A stretch of 64,000 nt of DNA from assembly GCA_045803545.1 (NCBI GenBank), contig JBJMOW010000005.1, forward strand, positions 704,001-768,000, given 5' to 3'. A program made the translations under genes and the position numbers. This document shows positions 46,396-56,683 of this stretch, one piece after another. Under the pieces are notes generated by a model that saw only the letters and a program-made list of their open reading frames with translations, had not been told where the DNA came from and ran no database searches. The number at the start of each line of letters is the position of its first letter. Positions within the stretch are counted from its first letter, which is position 1. This DNA is from Gemmatimonadaceae bacterium (GTDB lineage: Bacteria; Gemmatimonadota; Gemmatimonadetes; Gemmatimonadales; Gemmatimonadaceae).

Positions 46396-46473
46396 CGGGT
46401 TGCTGATGAAAAAGCCTGCTCGTCTTTCTAGTAGAAAAACTGCGCTGACGCACTCATCTACTGGAGGAATTGG

Positions 46474-46851
46474 ATGTCCGCGAACAGGAAGGGTTTTACC
46501 CTCATCGAGCTTCTGATCGTAGTCGTGATCATCGGCATTCTTGCCGCGATTGCGATCCCGAAGTTCGCCAATACAAAAGAAAAAGCCTACGTTGCCGCGA
46601 TGAAGTCTGACCTGCGCAACCTCGCCACTTATGAAGAGCAGTACGCCGCCGACAATCAGGGCGATTATTTCAGCGGTGCCGCTACCTCGGCCGCGCCCGT
46701 GAACGGCTTCACGCCATCGTCCAACGTGACGATCACGGCGACTGCCGACCCTGGCCCGCCGCCGGCATGGACCGCGACTGCAAGCCACTCCCAGACCGCG
46801 AAGACTTGCGACATGGGAGTCACAGCGCCTGGTGTGATCACCTGCACCTAA
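46474..46851 (+). CDS. Type IV pilin (class III signal peptide)
   Basis: MSANRKG|FTLIELLIVVVIIGILAAIAIP with E5; two C-terminal Cys; GGAGGA RBS; own terminator. Confidence 0.92.
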   Translation: MSANRKGFTLIELLIVVVIIGILAAIAIPKFANTKEKAYVAAMKSDLRNLATYEEQYAADNQGDYFSGAATSAAPVNGFTPSSNVTITATADPGPPPAWTATASHSQTAKTCDMGVTAPGVITCT

Positions 46852-46871
46852 TCAGGTGATAGCGGTTGGAG

Positions 46872-46903
46872 TAAAAAAGGACGTCGAAAGACGTCCTTTT
46901 TTA
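46872..46903. terminator. Bidirectional intrinsic terminator (pilin / marR)
   Basis: TAAAAAAGGACGTC-GAAA-GACGTCCTTTTTTA, perfect 14-bp stem with GNRA loop. Confidence 0.9.
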
Positions 46904-47419
46904 TTTCTGGCCCCGAGACTTTCGCCGGATTGGCGGTTTCTCGAACAGCATTGCTGATTGGGTGGCACCGAGTCCTGATGCTTCGAGCCACTTCTCCAAG
47001 CCGCTCGCGATCGCGCGTCGCTCGGTCACACCAAGACTTGCAAAACCCTCGATCAGATCCTGCTGTATCGCACGCGGCGATCGACGCAGCAAGCTCACTC
47101 CCTGGCGGGTGAGACGTAACACTGACCGACGACCGTCCGTGGGGTCCAGGGCACGGGTCAGCAGCCCCTTGGCTAGCAGACCGCTCACCACCTCTGAGAC
47201 CGTGCTGTGCGTAGTCATCGTGAGCTCCGCCAAATCCTTAACGGATTGGTCGGGCGAGTTCGCGAGCTCGCTCATCACGAACAGCTGGGCAGCGCTGATC
47301 TTGAGGTCGCGCTCAACTGCCTCCGCGGCGGCACGGAGTCCGCGCACCATTCGTCTCAGCGCGTTGATTGCGCGAGCCACTTCTGCCTGGTTGGCTCTGT
47401 TTGCCTTGGGCCTGGCCAT
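46901..47419 (-). CDS. MarR family transcriptional regulator
   Basis: ISAAQLFVM, SVKDLAE, STVSEVVSGL..KGL, DGRRSVLRLT..G; ATG 47419 (or TTG 47422). Confidence 0.9.
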   Translation of the reverse strand: MARPKANRANQAEVARAINALRRMVRGLRAAAEAVERDLKISAAQLFVMSELANSPDQSVKDLAELTMTTHSTVSEVVSGLLAKGLLTRALDPTDGRRSVLRLTRQGVSLLRRSPRAIQQDLIEGFASLGVTERRAIASGLEKWLEASGLGATQSAMLFEKPPIRRKSRGQK

Positions 47420-47422
47420 CAA

Positions 47423-47495
<73 letters not shown>

Positions 47496-47628
47496 TAAGC
47501 ACCGCAAGATAAACTGCCCGCAACCCCCCGAAAAACATCACAAATATGCGTTAAACGCTTGTCGCGACACGTAACGCTCCGTGGAGGGCACTTCGGGTAC
47601 GGCTCAACTGTAAGAAATCGTCAGTATA

Positions 47629-48630
47629 GTGACCCGAATTGCGGGCGGTATTATGCCATTCACCTTCTCGAAGGTAAACGCCGTAATCCGCGCTGTCAGA
47701 ATGTCCAGACAGCGCGATGCGAAAGCCGCGCGTCTCGCCGCTCTCGAAGAAAGTAATTCGCTGCTGCAGTTCCAGGCGCGGCAGCTCGAGAACCAGAAGA
47801 ATGAGGCGAGGGAGCTCGCGCACGAGTTGGCGCTGACCAACGAGGAGCTTCGAGCGGCGATCAGTGAAGCCAGGAAAGCCTGGGCGGCGGCAGACGGCGC
47901 GAATCGCTCGAAGGCCGAGTTTTTGGCTGTCATGAGCCACGAGTTGCGCACACCTCTCAACTCGATCGGTGGATATGTCGATCTGCTGGAGATGGAGCTT
48001 CACGGTCCGCTCACCGAACCGCAGCGGTCAGATCTGGCTCGCATCCGCCGCAGCCAGCACCACCTGCTCGCGATCATCACCGACATTCTCAACTTCACCC
48101 GGCTCGAAGCTACCGAAGTCAAATTCGACATCATCGAAGTACCACTGCGCGCCCTGGTGGGCGATCTCGATGGAGTCGTTGATTCGCTCGCGCGCGCAAA
48201 ATCAATCTCGTATCACTGTGACGCGCCTACAGGCGGCATTTTCGTTCGAACCGATCCCGACAAGTTGCGTCAGATCCTGATCAACCTCCTCTCGAACGCG
48301 GTGAAATTCACCCCCACTGGCGGGAGCATTCGCCTCTTCACTACGACCGTACGCAACAACGTCTTCATTCACGTGAAGGACACAGGGCCAGGAATCCCGA
48401 CTGACAAGCAGCAGCTGATTTTCGAGCCGTTCGTGCAGCTCGATCGCGGGCTCACGCGAACTACAGAGGGGACCGGGCTCGGACTGGCAATCAGTCGCGG
48501 GCTGGCGCGCGGGATGGGCGCCGACATTTCGGTCAAGAGCGAGCCGGGCAAAGGATCCACGTTCACTCTCACCCTCCCAATAGCAGCCCGTCGTCCGACG
48601 CCAGGCCCACTGCCCCGCGTCGCCGTTTAG
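47629..48630 (+). CDS. Cytoplasmic histidine kinase (coiled coil-HisKA-HATPase) with no sensor domain
   Basis: MSHELRTPL, NLLSNAVKFT, DTGPGI, IFEPF, GTGLGL. Start uncertain (47629/47653/47701). Confidence 0.9.
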   Translation: MTRIAGGIMPFTFSKVNAVIRAVRMSRQRDAKAARLAALEESNSLLQFQARQLENQKNEARELAHELALTNEELRAAISEARKAWAAADGANRSKAEFLAVMSHELRTPLNSIGGYVDLLEMELHGPLTEPQRSDLARIRRSQHHLLAIITDILNFTRLEATEVKFDIIEVPLRALVGDLDGVVDSLARAKSISYHCDAPTGGIFVRTDPDKLRQILINLLSNAVKFTPTGGSIRLFTTTVRNNVFIHVKDTGPGIPTDKQQLIFEPFVQLDRGLTRTTEGTGLGLAISRGLARGMGADISVKSEPGKGSTFTLTLPIAARRPTPGPLPRVAV

Positions 48631-48694
48631 CGCTCGCTCAGCTTTTTTGGTCTAATCCTCGCACTCTCGTCCGAGGTCTTTCCTCGAGCGAGCA

Positions 48695-49372
48695 ATGCCA
48701 GCAGTCGCCAAGAAAACTTCAACCGGGCCTGTCCGCTGTAAGCGGAAATTCCTGCGGTTCTTCCCAAAAGGGTTTCAGGATCCAAAGTACGTCGACTGGG
48801 AGCGGGGCTACAAATGGGAAGCCCACGAGCGATGGCGCGAATTGCTCGGGCGTGAAACGCACCGCGAGCTGATCTCCGATGGCGAGCACGCGGAAGTAGC
48901 GCGCCGTGCAGTTACGATCGAGTCGCGAACGAACCTCCTTTTCTCATTCGAGAAAATGGCGCTCCGCGACGCAGTAAAAAGCGCCGCCGGAGCAAAGGCG
49001 TTCGCGGAGGGGCTTTTCGAATTCCTGTATAGCAGGACATCAGATCGCGTGAGGTTCGAGCAGTGGTGCGAGGTTGTCGGCGCCCTGCCACGCCGTCAAA
49101 CGCGGGTTCTAACGTGGCCCGTGGTTACCGTTTTCGGGTTTCTGGCATTGCCGGACCGCCACTTCTTCCTGAAACCCACGGTCACTCGCGTTGCTGCCCG
49201 CGAATACGGCTACGATTTCCAGTACCAGTCGCGGCCCAATTGGGACACCTACTCAGACCTGCTGACATTTGCTGAGACGGTTTCCAGCGACCTCAAGGAG
49301 CTCCGGCCTCGCGACATGATCGACATCCAGTCCTTTCTCTGGGTACAGGGCTCCGACGAATACGAGGAGTGA
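48695..49372 (+). CDS. Hypothetical protein
   Basis: Aromatic-rich 225-aa ORF (FLRFFPKGF, WERGYK, LTWPVVT, FLKPTVT, DMIDIQSFLWV) with normal codon style. Confidence 0.8.
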   Translation: MPAVAKKTSTGPVRCKRKFLRFFPKGFQDPKYVDWERGYKWEAHERWRELLGRETHRELISDGEHAEVARRAVTIESRTNLLFSFEKMALRDAVKSAAGAKAFAEGLFEFLYSRTSDRVRFEQWCEVVGALPRRQTRVLTWPVVTVFGFLALPDRHFFLKPTVTRVAAREYGYDFQYQSRPNWDTYSDLLTFAETVSSDLKELRPRDMIDIQSFLWVQGSDEYEE

Positions 49373-49487
49373 CACGAGCCTGACCGGACGTGAATCTGCA
49401 CCTGAATTGACGGCAGAACGGGTGTCCACCAGAGGCGGATAGTCGTCCAATAGTAGCCCCAGAGTCGCTTCTCTATCACGCTCGGTC

Positions 49488-52295
49488 TTGTCGCACAAAA
49501 AAGTCTTAACGAGCCCAGCCCGGCTCGCCGCTCTCCATAACTCAGGGCTGCTCGAAGCAGGCGCGGAGGATCGTCTCGATACCTTCACACGCCTCGCCGC
49601 GCAGCTCCTCAACGTACCGACGGTGCTCATCTCACTCGTCGATTCCGAGCGCTTGCTCGTGAAGAGTGTGGCCAGCGCCAACGACTCCTTTGCCGCGGGC
49701 TGGCACCCTGTCGAGCTGACCTACTGCCAGGACGTCGTAGGCACCGGGAATTCGCTGATCATGGCGGACGCGTGGAACGAGGGTGATTACGCCGAGCGTG
49801 GCACCAGGATCCGCGCTTACGTGGGTGTCCCACTCACAACCGACGAAGGCCATGTCCTTGGTGCGCTGTGCGCGCTGGACGAGCGCCCGCGCGACTGGAC
49901 CAAACGAGACGTCGAGGTGGTCGCGGCGCTTGCGGGCGCGGTGAAGTCCGAAATTCAGCGACGTTACGCGGAGCGCGCAGTCTGCGACGCCAAGCTTCGG
50001 TTGCACGCTGAGCGCACGCTTGCGCACGCCGTTCAACAGCAGATGCCGGTTGGTGTGGCTGTCGCCGAGGTCCCGACTGGACGCCTCGTCTCTGTCAACG
50101 CGCAGATGACCGAGATTTTCCGAACCGCGTTCAGTCCCGCGCCTGACCTGAATTCGTACACTGAGTGGGTTGGTTTTCACTCTAATGGCACCCGATTCCT
50201 GTCGATGGAGTGGCCGCTGGCGCGGACTGTTTTGACCGGTGAGCCGGTGCGGGGAGAAGAAATTCACATCACGCGCGGCGACGGTACCGACGGCTATGTC
50301 CGTATGAGCTCGTCACCAGTCAAGGACAGCGAGGGCAAGACCGTCGCGGCGGTGGCGATCGTCGTCGACATCACCGATCAGCGCAAAGCGGAGCGTGCCG
50401 TTCGCTCCACCGACGAGCGCTACAACTTCGTCGCCAAGTCCACCAACGATGTAATCTGGGATTGGGACATCAAAACCAATTCGCTTGCCTGGAATGATTC
50501 AGTCGAGACTGTATTCGGCCATAAGCAGACCAGGATCTTTCCTGAGATTCAGTGGTGGTACGATCACATTCACCCGGAAGACCGCGAGCGGGTCGTCGGC
50601 GGTATCCACGCCGTGCTCGAAAGCAGTGGAACGTCCTGGAGTGATCACTATCGCTACCTGAGAGCGGACGGCAAGTACGCCAACGTTCTCGATCGCGGAT
50701 ACATCGCCCGTGACCCATCCGGTGTTGCGCAACGGATGATCGGCGCAATGACGGACGTGACTGAGCGTTCCCGATCAGAAGCAGCTATCCGCTTTCAGGC
50801 ACAGCTGCTAAACGCGGTGCAACAAGCCGTCGTCGCGACGGACCCGGAAGGCCACGTGATCTTCTGGAATTCATATGCGGAAAAACTTTACGGCTGGACG
50901 GCGTCCGAAGCAGTTGGTCGCGTGGTATCAGAGCTCAAGACGTCGCAATTCCTTCGCGACCACGCTCACGAAATCCACCAGAAGGCGGCTGCGGGCGAAA
51001 GCTGGACTGGAGAATTTCTGGTGCAGGGCAAAACCGGGAAGGCCTTCCCTGCCCTGCTCACGACTTCTCCGATTCTCGATGAGCAGGGCAGATTGCTTGG
51101 CGTTGTTCGCGTCTCAATCGATCTGACCGAGCGTCGAAATCTCGAGGAACAGTTCAGGCAGTCGCAGAAGATGGACGCGGTCGGGCGTCTGGCCGGCGGC
51201 ATCGCACACGACTTCAATAACCTCCTCACGGTGATCCGGCTCAATACCGAGATCATCATGGAGGGATTCGACCCAACTGACCCGCGCAGCGAAGATGTGA
51301 AACAGATTCGCTCGGCCGCCGAGCGCGCATCGTCGTTGACCCGCCAGCTGCTGGCATTCAGCCGCAAGCAGATCCTGCAGCCACGCGTGCTCGACTTGAA
51401 CAGCGTCGTCAGTAGTGTCGAGCCAATGCTGCAGCGCTTGATCGGCGAGGACATCACTATCACTTCGATTTGCGCTGCCCGCGGCTACATCGTCGCCGAC
51501 CCGGGTCAACTCGAACAGATTCTGGTGAACCTGGTCGTGAACGCGCGGGACGCGATGCCACAGGGCGGAACGATCAGCATCGAGACCGGTAATGTCGAGC
51601 TCGACGAGACCTACACCAGTGAGCATGCGCCCGTAATTCCGGGACGTTACGTGATGCTCGCGGTCGGCGACAACGGTATTGGCATGAGCCGCGACATTCG
51701 CGAGCACGCGTTCGATCCGTTCTTCACAACCAAGGAAGCGGGCAAAGGAACGGGACTTGGTCTCGCCACGGTCTATGGAATCGTGAAGCAGTCAGGCGGC
51801 TACGTGTGGATCTACAGCGAGCAAGGACTCGGCACGACACTCAAGCTTTACTTCCCGGAAGTGAGCTCGGCGACAGCGTTCAAGGCCGAGGAATACAAAG
51901 CATTGCCCAAGGAGGGCGCGCGCGGCTCCGAGACCATTCTGCTGGTGGAAGACGAAGACGCCGTGCGCGGTCTTACCTCGCGCATCCTCGAGAAACAGGG
52001 ATACCGCGTCATCGCTGCTCAGCATGGGAAGGAAGCGATGGACATCGCGACTAAGGAGGAGGGACGGATCGATCTCGTCCTCACCGACATCGTGATGCCC
52101 GGAATGAACGGGCGTGGATTGGTCGAGCGACTGGCTGGAATTCGCCCCCGCATAAAATCTCTCTACATGTCGGGCTACACCGACGACGACATCGTCCGTC
52201 GCGGCTTTGTCGAGCCGTCGAAGAGTTTCTTACAGAAGCCTTTCACGTCCGAAGCACTGCTGCGTACAGTCAGAAAAGTTCTCGACGAAGGATAA
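49488..52295 (+). CDS. Hybrid histidine kinase GAF-PAS-PAS-PAS-HisKA-HATPase-REC (CckA-like)
   Basis: GAF (RLAAL..YVGVPL), three [45 protein letters not shown]. Confidence 0.95.
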   Translation: MSHKKVLTSPARLAALHNSGLLEAGAEDRLDTFTRLAAQLLNVPTVLISLVDSERLLVKSVASANDSFAAGWHPVELTYCQDVVGTGNSLIMADAWNEGDYAERGTRIRAYVGVPLTTDEGHVLGALCALDERPRDWTKRDVEVVAALAGAVKSEIQRRYAERAVCDAKLRLHAERTLAHAVQQQMPVGVAVAEVPTGRLVSVNAQMTEIFRTAFSPAPDLNSYTEWVGFHSNGTRFLSMEWPLARTVLTGEPVRGEEIHITRGDGTDGYVRMSSSPVKDSEGKTVAAVAIVVDITDQRKAERAVRSTDERYNFVAKSTNDVIWDWDIKTNSLAWNDSVETVFGHKQTRIFPEIQWWYDHIHPEDRERVVGGIHAVLESSGTSWSDHYRYLRADGKYANVLDRGYIARDPSGVAQRMIGAMTDVTERSRSEAAIRFQAQLLNAVQQAVVATDPEGHVIFWNSYAEKLYGWTASEAVGRVVSELKTSQFLRDHAHEIHQKAAAGESWTGEFLVQGKTGKAFPALLTTSPILDEQGRLLGVVRVSIDLTERRNLEEQFRQSQKMDAVGRLAGGIAHDFNNLLTVIRLNTEIIMEGFDPTDPRSEDVKQIRSAAERASSLTRQLLAFSRKQILQPRVLDLNSVVSSVEPMLQRLIGEDITITSICAARGYIVADPGQLEQILVNLVVNARDAMPQGGTISIETGNVELDETYTSEHAPVIPGRYVMLAVGDNGIGMSRDIREHAFDPFFTTKEAGKGTGLGLATVYGIVKQSGGYVWIYSEQGLGTTLKLYFPEVSSATAFKAEEYKALPKEGARGSETILLVEDEDAVRGLTSRILEKQGYRVIAAQHGKEAMDIATKEEGRIDLVLTDIVMPGMNGRGLVERLAGIRPRIKSLYMSGYTDDDIVRRGFVEPSKSFLQKPFTSEALLRTVRKVLDEG

Positions 52296-52341
52296 GGCGC
52301 AACGAGGTTGAGGCCGCCGGGTCCGCTGGGTATATACAGGG

Positions 52342-54447
52342 ATGAATTTCGGCAGGCGGTGTGAAGTCGCCATTGCGACATCCGCGGTAGCACTAGTCCC
52401 GATAATCACGCTGGCGCAGGATACCACGGCCACACGCCTCGAGCCGGTTGTCGTCGAAGTGAGCCGTGGCGCGCGGCGCCCCCTCCTCGACTTGCCATTT
52501 TCCGTCACGGTTCAAACACCGGATTCGAGTCGCCCGGGGCAGCGGCACCTCTCCCTCGACGAGACCCTGCTGCTCATTCCGGGTTTGACGGTATCGAATC
52601 GCGACAACCCGTCGCAGGATCCACGTATCTCGATTCGTGGTTTCGGAGCGCGCTCCGCGTTCGGCGTGAGGGGAATTCGCGTATTACGCGATGGAATCCC
52701 ACTGACGCTTCCAGACGGACAAACTCCCGTCGACTACCTCGATCTGGAATCCGTGGGCAGAGTGGAGGTGATGCGCGGCAGTGCGTCTTCGCTCTACGGC
52801 AATGCCGGTGGCGGAGTCATCGACCTTCGCACCAGCGCTCCTCCGCCCCTGCCCGTCGCAGCCACCGCGCGCATGTGGCAAGGCGCATTCGACACGCGTC
52901 GTTATGTCGCTAAAATCGATGGTGACGCAGCGGGTTTTGGATATCAGGCCAACGTCGCCCGCACCGAAAGCGAAGGCTACCGCGATTACTCGCGTCAACG
53001 CTCCAACAATGGTTTCGCGCGCCTGTCTTACGAGGATGACAACGATTCCTACGGAGTCGAGTGGCTCGGCGTCAACACCCCGATCGCGCAGAATCCAGGC
53101 GCGCTAACGCGCGCTCAGTTCGAGGCGGACCCGCGGACTGCCGACCCGCTTTCACTCAGCAAGAAGGCGCGTAAGGCAGTGACACAATCGCAGGTGGGAC
53201 TCACCGCGCGACGCTACGGCACGCTCGCCGAGCTCGAAGGCTCAGCGTACGTCGGCACGCGCCACCTCGATAATCCTCTCACCTTTGGCATCGTGGATGT
53301 CGGACGCGTGATCTCGGGTGGCAACCTCCGCGCGACCATTCCGATTTCTCTGTTTGCCGCGGAAAATCGGATTACGATCGGAGCAGAGGCACAACACCAG
53401 AATGACTTGCGGCTCAACTTCACCAATTGCAACAACATTCCACCGCTGACGGCGCCGACGGCGGCTTGCCCTGACATCACCCAGGAACGCGGCAGCGTGA
53501 CGCTCAACCAGCGCGAGATCGTGTCGTCTTACGGGTCATACCTACGCGACGAGCTTCAGCTGGGTGATCGCTTTGCCTTGACGGCCGGCGCGCGCGCAGA
53601 CGCTGTCCGCTTCCGCGTTGAGGACAAGCTGATAACGGCGACGAATCCGGACGACTCGGGTGAACGGTTGCTGCACGCCGTAAGTCCGATGGCAGGGCTA
53701 TTGGCGCACCTCGGTGACTCACACAGCGCTTACTTGAACGTCTCGACTGCGTTCGAGACACCGACGGCGACGGAGCTGGGCAATCAACCAAGCGGAGCCG
53801 CCGGCATCAATCGCAATCTCAAGCCTCAACGTTCTCTTACGTACGAGTTCGGCATTAAGGGCGTGACCGACGTGGGACTGCAGTACAACACTGCGTTGTT
53901 TGCCACCAGCGTTCACGACGAGCTGATTCCGTTTGACATTCCGGGCGGCAATGGCCGTCGCTACTATAGAAACGCAGGAAGGACATGGCGACGCGGTGTC
54001 GAGCTAGGCCTCACTTACGATCTTCACGCGCTCGAGCTTGCCGGCGCTTACACATACGCAAACTACCGGTTCGTCGACTTCACCGTCGGCACCGCGGATT
54101 ACGGCGGCAATCGTATACCTGGCATTCCCGCCCAGACCTTCCAGGCGTCGGCGACGCTGCGCACGAAGCTCGCGTCGCTGGTGACGGAGGCTAACCTCGC
54201 CGACAAAATGTTCGTCAACGACGGGAATTCAGAGAGCGCACCCGGCTATGGAATCGTCAACGCGCGGCTAGTCTCCTCGGCGCTCTGGCGCGGGTCGGGG
54301 GCCGAGATCACGGTGGGCGCGCAAAATATCTTCGACCGCAAGTACGTTTCCTCTGTGAGCGTGAACGCGACGGGCGGAAAATTCTATGAGCCAGGCTCGC
54401 AACGCGCGTTTTTCGTGGGCCTGAGTCTGCTAGCCGCCGCTCGGTAG
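52342..54447 (+). CDS. TonB-dependent receptor, YncD/PqqU-like (putative PQQ importer)
   Basis: Plug ISIRGFGARSAFGVRGIRV..DGIPLTLPDGQ, SSLYGNAGGGVI, AFETPT..EL and VSVNA.GGKFYEPG, recognised as YncD-family motifs. Confidence 0.85.
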   Translation: MNFGRRCEVAIATSAVALVPIITLAQDTTATRLEPVVVEVSRGARRPLLDLPFSVTVQTPDSSRPGQRHLSLDETLLLIPGLTVSNRDNPSQDPRISIRGFGARSAFGVRGIRVLRDGIPLTLPDGQTPVDYLDLESVGRVEVMRGSASSLYGNAGGGVIDLRTSAPPPLPVAATARMWQGAFDTRRYVAKIDGDAAGFGYQANVARTESEGYRDYSRQRSNNGFARLSYEDDNDSYGVEWLGVNTPIAQNPGALTRAQFEADPRTADPLSLSKKARKAVTQSQVGLTARRYGTLAELEGSAYVGTRHLDNPLTFGIVDVGRVISGGNLRATIPISLFAAENRITIGAEAQHQNDLRLNFTNCNNIPPLTAPTAACPDITQERGSVTLNQREIVSSYGSYLRDELQLGDRFALTAGARADAVRFRVEDKLITATNPDDSGERLLHAVSPMAGLLAHLGDSHSAYLNVSTAFETPTATELGNQPSGAAGINRNLKPQRSLTYEFGIKGVTDVGLQYNTALFATSVHDELIPFDIPGGNGRRYYRNAGRTWRRGVELGLTYDLHALELAGAYTYANYRFVDFTVGTADYGGNRIPGIPAQTFQASATLRTKLASLVTEANLADKMFVNDGNSESAPGYGIVNARLVSSALWRGSGAEITVGAQNIFDRKYVSSVSVNATGGKFYEPGSQRAFFVGLSLLAAAR

Positions 54448-54503
54448 CTCGCCTGTCCGCCGCGGCGGGCGGCAGGCGGCACAGAACTTCCCCTTGGGGC
54501 AGC

Positions 54504-55394
54504 ATGCCCCGGGAGATCACGGAAGATTCGATTCGAAATCCTTCGCAAGAGAAAGGCGAATCGCCTTCCAATCCGTTTGGCAAGAAGTCCGTTCGACAGC
54601 CCGACACCGGGACCAGGCTCAGCGCGCTCGAGATCCACGAGAACATTCGCGCGCCAGCGGAAGAGGAGCTCGAGCGACCCGTCAGCTCACTACTCTTCTC
54701 CTCACTTGCCGCGGGAATGCTGATCGGTTTCACATTCCTTTCGTCGGCGTTCGTGTCCTATTACGCGGCTGAGCCGATCAAGCATCCGCTGGCCAGCGCC
54801 GCATATCCACTCGGTTTCATCTTCGTGATCATGGGGCGCAGTGAGCTCTTTACCGAGAACACACTCGAGCCCGTGATCCCGCTGCTGCACAAACGCGATT
54901 CTAAAACTCTGCGGCAGCTGTTGCGGATGTGGGGATTGCTGATTCTCGGGAACCTCGTTGGCGCATTGATCTTCGCCTGGATCATCGGTGGGACGAATTT
55001 GATCGAATCCTCGTTGCAACCGACGATGCAAAAGCTCGCCGGCGAATCGACGAGTGGTGGGTTCGGCGAGGTATTCTACAAGGCGATTTTCGGCGGCTGG
55101 CTGATCGCCCTGCTTACCTGGTTGCTTGCCTCCACCATCGACACCATCGCTCAGCTGTTCTTGATCTGGGCTACTACGGCTCCCATCGCAGCGTTCCATT
55201 TTCGGCACTCGATCGCAGGTGCCGTCGAGGCGTTCTACCGCGCCGTCACCGGGACCGCGGGCTGGGGAGAGATGCTGGGCGGATTCGTCGTTCCGGCGCT
55301 GATCGGCAACGCGGTTGGCGGAGTGCTACTCGTTGCCCTTTTCAACTACGCGCAAGTAGCCGAAGAACATCAGGAAAAGCAGGAAGAAGCCTAG
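54504..55394 (+). CDS. Formate/nitrite transporter family protein (YfdC-like)
   Basis: EEELERP, YPLGFIFVIMGRSELFTENT, GNLVG, IFGGWLIA, HSIAG, GNAVGG. Confidence 0.88.
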   Translation: MPREITEDSIRNPSQEKGESPSNPFGKKSVRQPDTGTRLSALEIHENIRAPAEEELERPVSSLLFSSLAAGMLIGFTFLSSAFVSYYAAEPIKHPLASAAYPLGFIFVIMGRSELFTENTLEPVIPLLHKRDSKTLRQLLRMWGLLILGNLVGALIFAWIIGGTNLIESSLQPTMQKLAGESTSGGFGEVFYKAIFGGWLIALLTWLLASTIDTIAQLFLIWATTAPIAAFHFRHSIAGAVEAFYRAVTGTAGWGEMLGGFVVPALIGNAVGGVLLVALFNYAQVAEEHQEKQEEA

Positions 55395-56683
55395 CGTAAG
55401 GTGTAAAGGTAGGCGGCGATGTCTCGCGCATCACGCGGCGTGACTCCCATATAAGGCATCGCAGTCTTCGAATCGACGCCCGGCGGGTTCTCAAGCCACT
55501 TGATCATGTTGTCCGGCTCATTCGGCAACACACCCGCGATGTAGACGCGCTGTGCAATCTGTCCTAATGGCGGACCTACCATTCCCACCGCTCCGCTCAC
55601 ACCGGGAATGTCGTGACAGGAGCCACAGCCATATTTGCGAATGGCAGTGCGGCCACGCTCGGTATCGGAGTTAGTCAGCTGATACCCGTTGTCGCCTGAC
55701 GCGCGGTCGCATGATGAAAACGCCACTATCGCAACAATCATCGCCATGGCTCGCGCCGCGAAAATCGTTGCATCACGACGGATTGCGCGCGCTTCCGCGG
55801 CCCGGAGCCAGCGGGCGAACATGTACAATCCTGCAATCAGGTACGGAACACTTCCGGGAATCCACATGATCAGTCCGCCGAGCTGTTGATCCTCGAGCGG
55901 CGCGAGGCCCCACGGACTAGTGGTTGCGGCGTAGGCCGGATACCAGAGGCGTGGCGCAAACGTCAGCAGCGCCCCCAGCGCACCCGTCTGCAGCGCGGTG
56001 GCAAAGAGGTAGAACACTGCCGCTCCGTATCCGAGCTCCGAGCCGCGGATCTTGAAAATCGTCCACCAGAATAAGAGCGCCGTCCCCAGGAAACTCATGT
56101 GCTGCAGCGAGTGCATAAGCTCGCTCGTCAAAGTCGATTGATATGGCCCCGGGAGGTGCCACACCCACAGCGCGATCGCGTGCAGACTGAACGCCACCGA
56201 CGGCATCGACACCGCGTGCCAGCCATGACTCACTCCATCTCGGCGTGCCCAATCGCCGAGCCTCTTACGCCATGACTGCGGGAGTCCCCAAATGAACGGA
56301 ATGAGCGGCCGCCCAAGAACCATGAGGGGCGCGCAGACCGAGATGAGGAGCTCGTGTTGCGTCATGTGCGCAGAAAACAAGACGCCACCGAGTGCATGCA
56401 ATGGCGAAATCAAGGCGACCGCGGTGGACAACCAACCGATGGCGAATGCCGCCGCCTCCCAACGCCTGATTCCAACTCCGCTTCCGCGCGACCAAAGGCG
56501 ACTTAATCCAACCGCGTATAACGCGCCGCACACCAACAGGCCGACGACGACAAGCGGCTCGAACGACCACGCGTCCCACAGGTCGTGCGGCTGCAGCGCC
56601 AGACCGGTGTGTGCGAGGGCTGTCGAAGGCAATACGACCAGCAGAAGCCCGCTCAGCACGGCCGGACTCAGGTACCGATGCAT
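55391..56683 (-). CDS. ctaG: caa3-type CtaG copper assembly factor fused to a c-type cytochrome
   Basis: FSAHMTQHE, WVWHLP, HSLQH, EDQQLGGLIMWIPG, then in frame CGSCH and GPPL..TAMP. Start 56683 or 56710. Confidence 0.88.
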   Translation of the reverse strand: MHRYLSPAVLSGLLLVVLPSTALAHTGLALQPHDLWDAWSFEPLVVVGLLVCGALYAVGLSRLWSRGSGVGIRRWEAAAFAIGWLSTAVALISPLHALGGVLFSAHMTQHELLISVCAPLMVLGRPLIPFIWGLPQSWRKRLGDWARRDGVSHGWHAVSMPSVAFSLHAIALWVWHLPGPYQSTLTSELMHSLQHMSFLGTALLFWWTIFKIRGSELGYGAAVFYLFATALQTGALGALLTFAPRLWYPAYAATTSPWGLAPLEDQQLGGLIMWIPGSVPYLIAGLYMFARWLRAAEARAIRRDATIFAARAMAMIVAIVAFSSCDRASGDNGYQLTNSDTERGRTAIRKYGCGSCHDIPGVSGAVGMVGPPLGQIAQRVYIAGVLPNEPDNMIKWLENPPGVDSKTAMPYMGVTPRDARDIAAYLYTLR

